A stretch of 64,000 nucleotides of DNA from Octopus vulgaris (Eukaryota), in the NCBI GenBank assembly GCA_951406725.2, contig OX597824.1, positions 96,906,001-96,970,000 of the forward strand. The letters are read 5' to 3'. The position numbers and the translations under genes are program-made. Within the stretch, counting starts at the first letter, position 1. Every line of letters starts with the position of its first letter. The notes below the pieces were generated by a model, which saw only the letters and a program-made list of their open reading frames with translations, searched no databases and was not told the origin of the DNA. Shown in pieces: positions 40,360-54,186 of this stretch.

Positions 40360-40560
40360 TCTTTGTCCACCGCAACCGCCTGACAATCGATGTTGGTGTG
40401 TTTACGTCCCCGTTATTCAGCAGTTTGGCGAAAGAGACTGATAGAATAAGTACCAGGCTTAAAGAAAAAAGTTTCGATTTATTCGACTATAACTTCTTCA
40501 AGACCCTGCCCCAGCATGGCCGCAGTCTAATGACTGAAACAAAAGAGATATGAAAGATAA
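40360..40560 (+). mobile_element. SINE family B 3' half
   Basis: TGACAATCGATGTTGGTGTGTTTACGTCCCCG..GATAGAATAAGTACCAGGCTT..GCATGGCCGCAGTCTAATGACTGAAAC. Confidence 0.82.
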
Positions 40561-41359
40561 AGGAGAAAAACGCATGCATGCATCTGTGTGTGTGTGTGTG
40601 TGTGTGTGTTCGTGCGCGCGCGCGCGTGGAGTATTCCGCCATTTTGCTATTGCATCCCTTACAAATCCGTCGCTCACAAAGGAAATGTGTTAGAACAGGA
40701 AATGAAAAGAATTAACCGTTAACCAATAAATAAGATGCCAATAAACTAGAGTGCCGGGTTCAATCCTCCTTCACCCCCACCTTCACATCTCTTCGATCAT
40801 TATTGTTATTATTGTTGTTGTGGTTGCCCTACTTTGCCTCCGTTGCCATAGTTTCCATTTCATATATTTGTTTATATTCATGGAGTTCGCGCAGCGGCGG
40901 TAACTTGATATATTAAAGGATATGTGGTTATACTTTTTTAAGCTTATAGAGTTATGGGGGTGTTATTGATTTTCTAGCAATGGCACCGTGCCATAAATTT
41001 GCAGTAATTCCAAGTGTAATATGTGATAAAAAAAAAATTAATAACGCCTCCGAGAAGCTTTTGAGAACTCACTGCTTAGCTCCGGTTTCATGTTGAGAAG
41101 CGGATGGGGGGGATGAAACTCCCCCGCCATCAAGTTTTTTCCCATTTATTAGGACGGAGGTTTATTGAAATTATTTTCCCCTCAGGAACCTGGTGATAAA
41201 TATTTTCATCCCCACTTCACCCTCAGGGGTTTGAAAATGTATTGCTCTGACCGAGAATTTCTTTGTCAGCGACGTAGCACAAATCTTGTTCACTCACATG
41301 TGACAGAGCTAGTTCTTCTTGACTGCAGCATTAACCGAGGGACATACGGCTCTATAACC

Positions 41360-41578
41360 ATTGGTTTCAAATTGTGGCACAAAGCCAGCACTTTTCGGGG
41401 GATGGGAGAAACCAATTACATCGACACCAGTGCTTAAATGGTACTTATTTTATCGGCTCTGAAAGGGATGAATAGTAAAGTTGACTTCAGCGGAATTTGA
41501 ATTTAAAACGTAAAGGCGGACGAAATGCAGTTAAACATTTCGTCCGGTGTTTTAACACCACTGCCTGCTCGTCGCCTT
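41360..41578 (-). mobile_element. SINE family A, diverged
   Basis: GGTACTTATTTTATCGGC..GGATGAA..AAAGTTGACTTCAGCGGAATTTGAA..GGACGAAATGC..GCTCGTCGCCTT. Confidence 0.75.
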
Positions 41579-43000
41579 GTCGACTCTATGAATATTATTT
41601 TCTAAACTAGGCTCAGGGTATTTTTGTATGTATGTATAAATGTATGGAGGATGCTCGTGTAGTAATCGATAGATGAATGTTCTGTATTTTGGTACATTTA
41701 CCTGTTTGCTGAACACAGAAGATTTGCATAGAAAGATCAAACGCTCCAGTGTTGTATATTAGCTCACTTCCACCATTGACATTACCTGTACAGGTGCATA
41801 CTGTATCATATGTCAGATGTCAAAGGGAAAATATTAGGTTCGGCTTACTTCGATGGTCTTTTCCAACGGACTGTCCCACGTATAGAACAATGGCTTTGAT
41901 AACAAGAGTTTCTCTTCACCTTCATAGGGGCCGGTAGCTCGGCAGCACCTACGATAACCCGTGATGGCCACTGCTCAGGTCACAAGACGGAACCATCCAC
42001 ACAATATGTATTATACCTTCCGTTAATAGGAGTAAAATGAAGTAGACATCTTTCATGATGAGTTAAACCAAATTACAGAAGCCAAAGCCATATGGTATAA
42101 GTATATTTTGAGAGAAATAGGGAGAGGTGGGGGGGGGGGAGATAGAGGGAAAGAGAGGTATGCATGTTCTTGTATAGATGCAAATGGATCGTGTTTGAGT
42201 GAAAACCACCCGTTTATGTACCAAAGTAAAGTAAAGTTACATTGAAGATATCACGTTCTATTTGAAAGAAGACATCATAGTGTTAACGAGTGGCAGTTTG
42301 CTTTCCGTTTTGTTAAATATCAAGTGTAACTTATAATACAAAATTGATCTGAATTTGGCGAGAAGATTTATTTTGGACCAGTAAATGCTGAGAGGCATGC
42401 GTAAAGTGAAGATGTCCGAGCTGATACAATTAGATGCTGGCAACAAAGTTTATCGCAGAAGAGAACACATTACTGCATGTCGACTTGGGAGAAAAGTAGC
42501 CATTTCTAAAATGGCGGAAAAGAAACGCTTTTGCTGCTTAAATGTTAAACACACACAGACACACAGACACACACACATGTGCACAGACTCGCGCGCACAC
42601 ACATACATACACATACACATACACACACATGTACACACTGACACCCCCACACACATACATGTGCACAGGCACGCACATACACATACAGACAGACACACAT
42701 ACACATGTACACACAAATACACACACATAAATACACACGCATGTACACACGCACGCACATACACGTTGCAATAGTGAAAGTGCTTATTACACTCAACGAT
42801 AATATAATCAACTGGTTATTGTTATAAACAAGAGAATGTTGAACGTGCTCAGGATAATGTTATATCATCTGCTTAATGTTATCGGTCGGTTAATTTTATT
42901 TCGATAGATTGCAATAAGAGGCTTATATCTTGGGTTAAATCGATACTATATATTACGTAACATAAAAACAATCATTAATAGATTATGTGTGTGTGTGGAG

Positions 43001-43185
43001 GGTGGCGAGATGGCAAAATGGTCAACACCACACCGGGCAGCGTTTCGTTCGAGGCATTTCGTCCGTTTTCCATTCTAAGTTCGCATTCTGCATGACTTTA
43101 CCTTTCAACCTTTCAGATTGATAAATTTAGTACCAGTTGAACACTGGGGTCGATGGCTGACTGTGGGCCAAAATTTGAAACCAAT
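43001..43185 (+). mobile_element. SINE family A, diverged
   Basis: GGTGGCGAGATGGCAAAATGG..GACTTTACCTTTCAACCTTTC..GATAAATTTAGTACCAGTT..CTGGGGTCGAT. Confidence 0.7.
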
Positions 43186-43242
43186 ATATATATATATCAA
43201 ACATATTCTTCAGGCACAAACCACATATCGCAGCTTGTGTGT

Positions 43243-43283
<41 letters not shown>

Positions 43284-43349
43284 TGCGTAATATACTTCTG
43301 TCTTATAAGGTTTAACAAATATTTAGTAACATTGAATTTGAGCCCTACG

Positions 43350-43353
43350 ATAA

Positions 43354-43399
<46 letters not shown>

Positions 43400-43603
43400 G
43401 TAGTAATAATAATAATAATAATAATAATGATAATAATAATAATAATGATAATAATAATAATAATGATAATAATAATAATAATAATAATAGTAGTAATAAT
43501 AATTATAATAATAATAATAATAATAGTAATAATAATAATAATAATAGTAATAATAATAATAATAATAATAATGATAATAATAATAATAATAATAATAGTA
43601 GTA

Positions 43604-43639
<36 letters not shown>

Positions 43640-43684
43640 GTAATAATAATAATAATAATAGTAATAATAATAATAATAATAATA

Positions 43685-43762
<78 letters not shown>

Positions 43763-43777
43763 GTAATAATAATAATG

Positions 43778-43843
<66 letters not shown>

Positions 43844-43910
43844 GTAATAATAATAATATTAATAATGATAATAATAATGATAATAATAGTAATGATGATG
43901 ATGATGATTA
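43350..43910 (+). repeat. (AAT)n microsatellite, about 560 bp
   Basis: Direct reading; source of the poly-I ORFs. Confidence 0.97.
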
Positions 43911-44330
43911 GAGGCAGAAAAAGGAGGAGAACAAAAAGAAGAAGAAGAAAAAGAAAAGGATATTCCTTGTGTTTTTTGTATAAAGCAAATCTAAACACAT
44001 CTAACCTAAGCGTTACCAATATGTCCGTAATCGGGTTGAAAAGGAAAGGAATTGCCTGGTCTGGTCCTATGTGCGAAGGAATGTGTCCTGGCATTGCAAT
44101 TATTATTGAGACGCAATTGGAGTGACAGAAAAAAGAAACGTTCGTGCAAGACAATGGATAAATTCGTTTCAGGAATAAACATTGGCATTCTGCGGAAGAA
44201 ACGGTGATGTTATGGGCTGGAGACATTGTTTGGAGGTATTCGCGTCGCATTAAAGAAATCTTGAATGTTTTTTTTGAACAGTCTAGTTAACCAGGCACAC
44301 AACTGTTTAGTTGTTAGCAATAATAGTAGA

Positions 44331-44638
44331 GATGGTACTCCGTCGGTTACGACGACGAATTTTCCAGTAGAAAATGTCCAACGGAACAGCCTGCTCCTGA
44401 AATTAGCGCGCCAGTGGTTGAGTATTCCGCAGACACGCATGCCTTTAAAATAGTTCTTGGGCAGATTCAGTTTGACACATAAAGTGGTATGGCTGGACCC
44501 TTTGAGTTTCAGGTATAATTTTTGCCACATTGAGCAAACTGGAGCAACGTGAAATAAAGTGACTTGCCACCAGGAATCGATCTCATGAACTTACGATCGT
44601 GAACTGAATGTCCTAACCACTAACCGATGCCCCTTCAC
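44331..44638 (-). mobile_element. SINE family C (head 1 + tail X)
   Basis: GATGGTACTCCGTCGGTTACGACGACG..AACGGAACAGCCTGCTC..CTGGAGCAACGTGAAATAAAGTG..CCTAACCACTAA. Confidence 0.85.
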
Positions 44639-44829
44639 TAACAACGATGTTGATATTAATATGTACATTGAATTGAATAGAAAAAGCACAAACAAAATAT
44701 CACTTGCACACACTTGCGGGGTAAAGAGCAGCTGTTGGTTGCGTAGTTACTGTGTTTATATATATACACATATATACATATATATATACATATATATATA
44801 CATATATATATACATATATGCCATGATTG

Positions 44830-44965
44830 ACCGCTAAATCCAAAAGTTCTTTTTATTCTCTGTTGAAGAGCATAGGTTCGAAACGTAAAAGACTTTCTTA
44901 CCTTCCCGAGCGTCAAACGAATACACCAGTCTTAGTTTTTTGTTTTTCTGTAAATTTCAACTACA
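44830..44965 (+). mobile_element. Third Penelope-like terminal remnant (degenerate hammerhead)
   Basis: CTGTTGA-A-GAGC(atag)GTTC-GAAACGTA...TTCCCGAGCGTC..AACTA, colinear with the 19255 and 23905 copies. Confidence 0.5.
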
Positions 44966-45114
44966 CACACACACACACATATATATATATGCATTATATA
45001 TACATATATATAGACATATACATGTATATACATATATATATATACATATACATACATACACAAGCACATATATATATGCATATACATATATACCTACACA
45101 TACACACATATATT

Positions 45115-45180
<66 letters not shown>

Positions 45181-45954
45181 AATACATATATCTATCTATA
45201 TATATATGCTACTAAAATAATGCCAAGGGGGAAGTTATTAATGTTTTTTATTTGTTGGTGGTTTATCTAATTTAAAATAATTCGAGTAACAAACAAAGAT
45301 TGGGTGAAAACAATTGAATGTAGATACGGTTAAATATTGACATTTATTTATTAGAAAAAAAAATGAAAATAATTTGTCATAAGAATATTATGGAAACATA
45401 AAGCGCTGATTGGGTGGTCTAATAAGAACTAATCGATATCGATTAGATTCTAAATCTATCAAAATTAAAATCCTTCTGTGAAATATAATCATTGAAGGGA
45501 GGGGGGATATTAGGAGGAATTAATCGATAAACTATTAAATTTTAATCCTCCATTATCTTAATTTCATTTGTCTTTTTATTAAATATATCGGTTATTAAAA
45601 GGACAAAGAAATGAAGATTCCATTGGTCACGTGGTTACGTGCGAGGCATGTTCCTCTAAATTATATTCTATTCCAAACAGGGTAGATGGATTCCTTTGTG
45701 TTGGTGTGAAGACTATTCAGTTGTAAAGGCCATGTACTTATATAGTGTATGAAAAGGGATTTGTGAAATCGTGGCGGTGGTTACCGCAGTCAGCACTCAT
45801 GCAAATAATGGTTTGCAGGTTGTATGAGGTGGAGGGACATTGTTTCAGTAGGAGGAAATGTTCCACACAAACTGAGAATCCAGGAAATGTTTATCAATCG
45901 CGAAGTGTAATGTAAAAAGTATAAGGCATGAAAGTGTTGGTATTACATTTATTT

Positions 45955-46111
45955 TTAGGTTACGACCGTTTCGACAGCAGATGGCGGAAAACTTGTAGAC
46001 ATGGATATAATAATGATTATGTAATTACATGAGACACACCTATCATTTGAATGGGCAAATCAATAAGCGATTTATGTGACACGTCTACTGTTGAAATGGT
46101 CGTAACCTGAA
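45955..46111. repeat. Inverted repeat (about 25-bp arms, about 100-bp spacer) carrying GAAAC-GGTC-GTA
   Basis: AGGTTACGACCGTTTCGACAGCAGA versus TCTACTGTTGAAATGGTCGTAACCT (22/25 complementary). Confidence 0.75.
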
Positions 46112-46114
46112 AGT

Positions 46115-46478
46115 CGTGGTGGCACTCCGTCGGTTGCGACGATGAGGGTTCCAGTTGGTCCGATCAACGGAACAGCCTGCTCGTGAAGTTAACGTGCAAG
46201 TGGCTGAGCACTCCACAGACACGTGTACCCTTAACGTAGTTCTCGGGGAGATTCAGCGTGACATAGAGTGTGACAAGGCTGGCTCTTTGAGATACAGGTA
46301 CAAGAGAAACAGGAAGAAAGATTGAGAGAAAGTTGTGGTGAAAGAGTGCAGCCGGAGCCTCGTGCAACTTTAAGTGTTTTCGCTCAATAAACACTCATAC
46401 GAGCCGGTCTGGGAATCGAAACTGCAATCCTACGACCGCAAGCCCGCTGCCCTAACCACCGGGCCATTGCACCTCCTC
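46115..46478 (-). mobile_element. tRNA-derived SINE (head 2 + tail X) with 11-bp TSD
   Basis: Head homologous to the 26871 head, tail homologous to family C; TSD AACCTGAAAGT at 46104-46114 and 46479-46489. Confidence 0.9.
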
Positions 46479-47039
46479 AACCTGAAAGTAAATTTAACGC
46501 CAATACTCGATTTTTTATTTGCTTTATATACATAAACACTTACACACACACATCCATACAGACTCACACACATATAAACACACAAACACATACACACGCA
46601 GTTACACATGCACATATATAAACGAATACACATACATGTACACACGTATATATAAATATACATATTAAATATACACCATTACAAAAGAGCTACCAATGGT
46701 TTCGTGCTTTGAGATACATTAAATTGTCAGATTTATATAACATCCCATGAATGTAGAAGTAATCCAGGTTCAATTCGTAACGTTAGGTGTATTTTTTAAA
46801 AAACCGACCGGGACAGTAGTCTATGAGAAAATACGAGAAAAAACAAAAACAACCGAGAAGTTTGATGGAAAAATTGGAATGAGAAAAAAAGAAAAAAGAA
46901 AAGAAAAGTAAGAAAACCTAGAGTTTCGCCCTCAATCGAGAGCGGGTATTTTCCTCCAGTTCGACAAAAGAAACTTCTCCATGTGCTTACGTTTGCTAAA
47001 AATATCGGATGTAGAATGGAACTGTAAATTATACATACA

Positions 47040-47075
<36 letters not shown>

Positions 47076-47093
47076 TATATATATGTATGTATG

Positions 47094-47164
<71 letters not shown>

Positions 47165-47169
<5 letters not shown>

Positions 47170-47262
47170 GAAAACACTAGCCCAAGGTGCTATGCTGTGG
47201 GTCTGAACCCGGATCCATATGGTTAAGAAGCTTGCTTCTCAACCACACAGCCACACCTGCTG
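47165..47262 (-). mobile_element. SINE family B head fragment
   Basis: GCCCAAGGTGC..GTGGGTCTGAACCCGG..AACCACACAGCCACACCTGC. Confidence 0.75.
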
Positions 47263-48073
47263 TTATTAGTGTTGTTGTTGTTGTTGTTGTTAGAGTTGTC
47301 GCTTTGTTGTTGCTGTTGTTGTTAACGTTGTTGGCTTCTTTTAGTCTGGATGCTGTTGTTGTTGTTGATGTTATTGTCGTTGTTACTGTTTTTCCATTTA
47401 TTGTTGTTGTTGTCGTTGGTTTTATTGCTGTTCTTGTTGTCGTTGCAGTTTCTGTTGTCCTTTTGTTGTTGTTCTGGTTGTTTTGTTCGTGACGCTAATG
47501 TTGTTGTTGTTATTTTCATTGTCCTTATTGATGTTGTTGTTGTCGCTCTTGTTACCTTGTTATTCTTTCTGTTGTTGATTTGATGTTCCTCTGTTTATTT
47601 TGTTGCTTTATTTTATTTATTATTTTATTTTATTCTTTTGATCTTCATAGTTCCGCCTACCTCTCAGATTGCACATTAAGCTAAATACTCCCAGGTGACC
47701 AATCCATACTCCGGTACTCCTCAATATCTCTTGATTACAATGACCTTTAGCTTCTTTCTGCCTTCCATGACTCACATACCGACAGACAACCTGACAAACA
47801 TACCAACACACACACACACACACACATATTGACTTAAACAGAGACACATGCTACATTAGCCTCTGACACACAAGAACACATCCATAAGTACAGGATAATA
47901 CACACACACACACACACGCATACACATTCAGACGCACACACACAATGTATACACATGATTTAAACAGAAACACACACACACACACACATACATTAGCCTC
48001 AGACACGCACACACATGTACATGTGTACAGACAAACATACATATGCATACACACTGGCACGAAGGCAACATCA

Positions 48074-48307
48074 GGCGGCGAGGAGCTGGCAAAAAGGTTA
48101 TCACGGTGGGCGAGATGCTTAGCCGTATTTCGTCGGTCTTTACGTTCTGAGTTCAAATTCCGCCGAGGTCGACTTTGCCTTTCATCCTTTCGGGGTCGAT
48201 AAATTAAGTACCAGTTACGCACAGGGTTCGATATAATCGACTTAATCCGTGTGTCTGCCCTTGTTTGTCCTCACTGTGTTTAGCCCCCTTGTGGGTAGTA
48301 AAGAAAC
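48074..48307 (+). mobile_element. SINE family A monomer with tail 1
   Basis: Head, B box, central domain and tail GTGTTTAGCCCCCTTGTGGGTAGTAAAGAAA. Confidence 0.9.
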
Positions 48308-48434
48308 AGAAGACAACATAAGCGCCAATGACATGCGCATACCCATGCAGTGTTATGTGCACTCACACATCTGCCAGCACATTTGTTCGGGTAGACCCAG
48401 ACAAACACAAATATTTAAATCGTAATCTGGCATT

Positions 48435-48724
48435 TGGTCGGCTACGACAACAATTGTTGCATTTGATCTGATCAACGGAACACCCTGTTCGCGAAATTGG
48501 CATACAAGTGGCTGAGTACTCCATAGATACGTAATGCCTTAATGTAGTTCTCAGGGAGATACAGTGTAACTCAGAAAGTGACAAGGCCGGCCCAATGAAT
48601 TACAGGTAAAATTCCTTTTTGCCATCTGATTGGACGGAGAAAAGTGAAACAAAGTGTCTTGCTCAAGGACAAAATCACACCATCACGTGGTGAACGCCCT
48701 AACCACTAAGCCGCCTGCCTTCAC
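48435..48724 (-). mobile_element. SINE family C (head 1 + tail X)
   Basis: GATCAACGGAACACCCTGTTCGCGAAATT..AAAGTGTCTTGCTCAAGGAC..CCCTAACCACTAAGCC. Confidence 0.8.
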
Positions 48725-48801
48725 AGCTGTTGTCTCTAGCAGGTTGAGCAACCACATAAGGGTCCCTGTTACATCTCTATCAACATCATCATAGTCATTA
48801 A

Positions 48802-49119
48802 CTGGCGCTCCGTCGATTGCGACGACGAGGGTTCCAGTTGATCCGATCAACGGAACAGCCTGCACGTGAAACCAACGGTGCAAATGGCTGAGTACACCAC
48901 AAACACGCGTACCCATAACGTAGTCTTGGGGCAAGATTCAGTATTACACAGAATATGACAAGGCTGGTCCTTTGAATTACGGGTACAACTCACTTTTGCA
49001 GGCTGAGTGACCTGAAGCAGCGAGATAGAGGGTCTTGCTCAAAAAAACAATGCACGACCAGGAATTGAACTCACGATCTTAAGATCCAATACTCGAACCA
49101 CTAAGTCACCTGGCTTCAC
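48802..49119 (-). mobile_element. SINE family C (head 1 + tail X)
   Basis: CTCCGTCGATTGCGACGACGAGGGTTCCAGTTGATCCGATCAACGGAACAGCC..GTCTTGCTCAA..GAACTCACGATC. Confidence 0.85.
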
Positions 49120-49124
49120 AACTG

Positions 49125-49175
<51 letters not shown>

Positions 49176-49188
49176 TACAGCCATACAA

Positions 49189-49251
<63 letters not shown>

Positions 49252-49639
49252 ATGAACATATATCATATATACAGACAACATATATATTTATATACATATG
49301 TGTGTGTGTGTATATATACACAATATAAACTCATTCACAGCAACACACATGCATATTTACACATACACACGCATATTTTTAATTACATATCTTGGTACAT
49401 TTATTAAAAGTGCACTCACACAAACAATGGTGTGCGCACATTCTCTTGCGCATGCGCGTACGCATACAGTCATCTCCACCCCCGCCCCTCCAACCCAGAA
49501 TTATTGTTTGAAACTAATATTTTGCACACACACACACACACACAAGCGCGCGCACACGGAGATTTACATATATTCTGATGTTGCCAGAAAGAACAGCAGC
49601 AGCAAGCGACAACAATATCAAACTACCACAATTAACCCC

Positions 49640-49940
49640 CCATCGCCACCACCACCACCACCACCACCATCACCACCACCAATATCACCGCCACCACCAT
49701 CGCCATCTCCACCATCGCCACCACCACCATCACCACCACCTTCATCGCCACCACCACCATCGCCACCACCTCCATCGCCACCACCACCATCGCCACCACC
49801 ACCACAATCGCCACCACCACCATCGCCACCACCACCATCATCGCCACCAGCACCAGCACCACCAGCACCACCAGCCCCACCAGCCCCGCCACCACCACCA
49901 CCAACAACAGCAACAACGCCACCACCACCACCACCACTAC
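49640..49940 (+). repeat. (CCA)n-derived minisatellite with a 15-bp higher-order period (TCGCCACCACCACCA)
   Basis: Regular TCG/TCA interruptions every five triplets. Confidence 0.85.
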
Positions 49941-51041
49941 GATCGGAAATATCAACAACAACCGGCACCGCTGCCGTTGTTACCTTCTTACACACACCCG
50001 ATTCACCCCCTCTCCCACAACAACAACAGCAACAACAACAAACACCAGCATCACCATCGCCACCTCCACTACTGCGCGGCCATCACCATTGTAACAACAA
50101 CAAATAAGATCAACAAGAGAAACCACGACCACGACTATCACCGCCGCCGCCGCCGCAGCTACAACAACGACCTCGGTTATCCCCGTTACCAAGTTTCCCC
50201 TCCCACTTCTACACCACCTCCAGCTGACAATACCCCACCCTGAACCAATTCAGCATTCATCAGTTATGACTCAGCAAAGATATTACGAAATTTTTGTTCA
50301 TATTTTTTCTCCGTTTTTTTTGTTTCATTAAAAAAATATTTTGTATAAAATAAACAAATGAATAAATTAATTAATAATAATAGAAAAACCATATATGCAA
50401 GAATTGTGTGTGTGTGTGTGTGTGCATGTGTTTCTGTGTATGTCTGTATAAGTGTGTCTTGAGCGTGTGTCCATGCGTGTGTGTGTCGAATCTGTTTTGA
50501 AAGTGTTGACGTTCATTCCAGGTCTATGTTGCGGGGGAAAACCATCAAAGTGGGTTGAAACCCAGATTGATGCATTACCTTGTACTCAACCGAGAGGAAT
50601 CAGGCTGGATTTTTGAAACTGTGCAATGGCATCAATTCTGGAGATTAACATTGATTTCAATGCTTAAAATTTGGCACCTTTCCACCCCGAACTTTCCCGA
50701 TATATGTGGATGACTGTATATCGCTTAATTCATTGTTCCAGGGAAGATAACCTCTTCATAAATTATACTTTGTGCATGGAAACAATATTTGTTTAGGAAA
50801 GGTTACTTCGAATGTTTTCAGTTTATTTTGAGAGTTGATGACTTGAGGTGGGCATAACTGGGAACAACCGTCTGGCTGAACGAGAATGAAATACAAATGG
50901 AAAGCTGGATTGGAAATATTCTTTTAATTAAAGTACTTAGGATCCATGATACAAAATTTTGCAGCTTCTTGGCATTCAGTCGGCCTTTAAAATCTTAGGG
51001 CCTTTTGCAATATCTATCGCTTCATGCATGTATGCATGTAG

Positions 51042-51155
<114 letters not shown>

Positions 51156-51187
51156 TAAACAAAAGACGAGGCAGGTGGAAAACAAAC

Positions 51188-51256
<69 letters not shown>

Positions 51257-51262
51257 TGTGTG

Positions 51263-51325
<63 letters not shown>

Positions 51326-51580
51326 TGTATATATGTCTTTGTATTAACTTAAAACGTCATAAAGAATGGAGAATTGTACATATTTAAAACTTATTTATTA
51401 AAGCATTATTCTCATAAAATTCTAATCCGACACGTGTTTCTGCCGAATAAGTGTCCTAGGCGTCCTTTGATGCAGCATCTATGTTCATTTTGTTGGTTCA
51501 CTTGCAGTGCATATTTATTCAAGGTAGACATTCTTATGCAGCTTTGTTCAAGGTTTTACCCATTCGAGTGAATAAAGCGT

Positions 51581-51632
<52 letters not shown>

Positions 51633-51633
<1 letters not shown>

Positions 51634-51804
51634 ATAAAGGAAAGTCAGAATTTTATATAATTCTTTGTTAGCGCTTTCGTTCGATTAATTGAACGCTTCA
51701 AGACAAAAATTAAAACCAAAATGACTTTTGTCTTGAAAAGTTCGGTTAAACGAACGAAAGCGTTAATAAAGAATTATCCAAAATTCTGACTACCTCCTTT
51801 TATT
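51633..51804. repeat. Long fold-back (about 76-bp arms, about 17-nt loop) with a hammerhead-like motif in each arm
   Basis: AATAAAGGAAAGTCAGAATTTT...TTCAAGACAAAA / TTTTGTCTTGAA...AAAATTCTGACT..CCTTTTATT. Confidence 0.88.
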
Positions 51805-52211
51805 CAACATACAATATCAGTACACCACTTCAAACACTCTATACATACATACATGTATGTATGTATGTATTACATATGCTAGTATCAAATCTAGTTATTT
51901 CTCCGTAATTTGCCAAGACCCCGCCAAAAAAGAAAACAACATTCAAACAAAATGATGAACAACCTTAATTTTTCACCACCATTAGTGGGCAGTGGTGCCA
52001 ACACCACTTAACCAATTGCAGAAAAAGCATGTGGCCAATATGCTTCTTTACACATCAAATCGGGTAGTTTCAAAGAAATGGAGCGATTAATTTGCATGCC
52101 ATAAATGTTTAAGACTTTATTTCATATCAGCGGTCTCCCAATTCAAACACTATGAACGTATGACGAATGGGAATCTACGGAGTCGACAGACACACGTACA
52201 TATCAAACATA

Positions 52212-52628
52212 TATGGCTGTCTGACAAGAAATTTTTTTTCCAGCTACGAGGTTCCGGGTTCAGTCCCACTGCGTGGAACCTTGGCCAAGTGTCTTCTGCT
52301 ATAGACTCGGACCAACCAAAGACTTGTGAGTGGATATGGTGGAAACTGAAAGAAGCCGTCGTCGTACATATATGTGTGTGTGTGTGCATTTGTGTGTATG
52401 GGTTGTGTGCGTTTGTGTGTATGGGTTGTGTGCGTGCATGTACGAGTATGTTTGTACTCTATCACTACTTGACAACCGGTGTTGGTTTGTTTATGGCCCT
52501 GTAATCTAGTAGTTTGGCAAAAGAGACCGATAGAATAAACACCGGTTGTCGATTCGTTCGGCTAAAATTCTTCAAGGCGGGTGCCCCAGCATGGCCGTTG
52601 TCAAATGACCGAAACGAATAAAAGAATA
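52212..52628 (+). mobile_element. SINE family B
   Basis: GGTTCCGGGTTCAGTCCCACTGCGTGGAACCTTGGCCAAGTGTCTT..(TG)n..GCAAAAGAGACCGATAGAATAA..GCATGGCCG..ATGACCGAAAC. Confidence 0.85.
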
Positions 52629-52630
52629 CG

Positions 52631-52670
<40 letters not shown>

Positions 52671-52951
52671 TATGTAACGCATTTGGAGAATGTTTCAGAC
52701 AAAAACTAAAACCGGGTTTTAAATTAAGATAAAATATAATTCACCAGACACATCTTCTTCTTCTTCTTCTTCTTCTTCTTCTTCTTCTTCTTCTTCTTCT
52801 TCTTCTTCTTCTTCTCTCTCTCTCTCTCCCGCTTTCCTCCACTGTCCCTCTGTCTCTCTCTTTCTGCTTTCTGTCTTCATCTCAAACACATATTCTATCT
52901 TCTCTCTCTCTTCTTTGCAAACCTTCTCACTCACTCTTCTTTTCTCCTTTT

Positions 52952-52995
<44 letters not shown>

Positions 52996-53343
52996 TCCTA
53001 CGTTTACCCATTTCTACTCCTCCCTCACTCCCACATTCTCACATTCTCCCTCCTCCTATTCCCCTCTATTTTTCTAGTCTGCTCTTTATCTCTCTTTCTC
53101 ACATACACTCCATCTTTCCTTCCTTTTCCTCCTTCTCTTTTTCTCTGTCTGTCAACCGAATGCTTACTCCCTCTCCCACCCTCTCCCCCCTCTCTTTCTC
53201 ACTATTCTACTTTTTCCTTCCTCTCTTCCTTCCCTTTTATTTCTATGTCCGTCTCTCTCCCTCTCACTCTCTCATGCATTTACACAGAAGCTTTCTATAT
53301 TTCCACCCTTATCTCTATCCCACTCCTTTCATTTCAATTTTCG

Positions 53344-53375
<32 letters not shown>

Positions 53376-53387
53376 CGTCTCAGATCT

Positions 53388-53419
<32 letters not shown>

Positions 53420-53615
53420 TCTCTCTCTCTCTCTCTCTCACCCCTAATACCCGAGTACTTTTGCTCCTAAAATGAGTGAATTTACAATATCTTGGCAGAC
53501 GTTCAGTTAAATTTTTTTTCAGCTTCGTTAAACACACGAAGCCGTGTGTAAACGTCTATTTATCTAACAGTCTGTCTGGCTATCTATCTATCTATCTATC
53601 TACCTATCTATCTAC

Positions 53616-53679
<64 letters not shown>

Positions 53680-53754
53680 TTATCTATCTATCTATCTTTC
53701 TTTCTTTCTTCTTTTCTTCTTTCTTTCTGTCTGTCTGTCTGTCATTCCAAAATG

Positions 53755-54000
53755 AAATAATTTGAGAATAGAGTAGATTGAACGATGTGATCGCAGAATT
53801 CTGAAAACACAAGTTCTACTGAGCTGGACATATCGCAAGATCCACGGACAATAGTTGGACATGTGCGGTTGCCGAATGGTCTGCATGAGATTGGGGGAAG
53901 CCTCTAGGAAGACCTTCACGATGATGGAAAGGCGATCTAGTTAAGCAATTTGGGTTAAGATGGAAAAGAATGGCGCAATCAAGACAGAATTGGAAGCGGA
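53755..54000 (+). pseudogene. RTE-clade LINE reverse transcriptase C-terminal fragment
   Basis: Frame reads GHIARSTDNSWTCAVAEWSA*DWGKPLGRPSR*WKGDL, the WAGH.AR..D.RW...W.P...R..GRP..RW.D motif of RTE elements. Confidence 0.75.
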
Positions 54001-54139
54001 TCTTGACCAGATATTAAACACGTTTAGGCGGAAGTTTTCTCTACTTATTGCATGGATAATCTCGACTAATCGATGTTTATCAACTCAATTCTTCCGTCAC
54101 CAACTTATTTCTGATACATATGGATCAAGGCGCGAGCGT

Positions 54140-54186
<47 letters not shown>

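Noticed and set aside
42385-42774. 129-aa ORF (MLRGMRKVKMSELIQLDAGNK...)
   Set aside because: No recognisable homology or splice donor; its length comes from CA repeats.
49298-50243. Extensin-like SPPPP or His-rich ORFs
   Set aside because: Arise from a (CCA)n-derived minisatellite open in most frames; starts lie in TG repeats and there is no splice or homology support.
50511-50720. Possible exon after TTCATTCCAG
   Set aside because: Frames end in stops without a convincing donor; no homology recognised.
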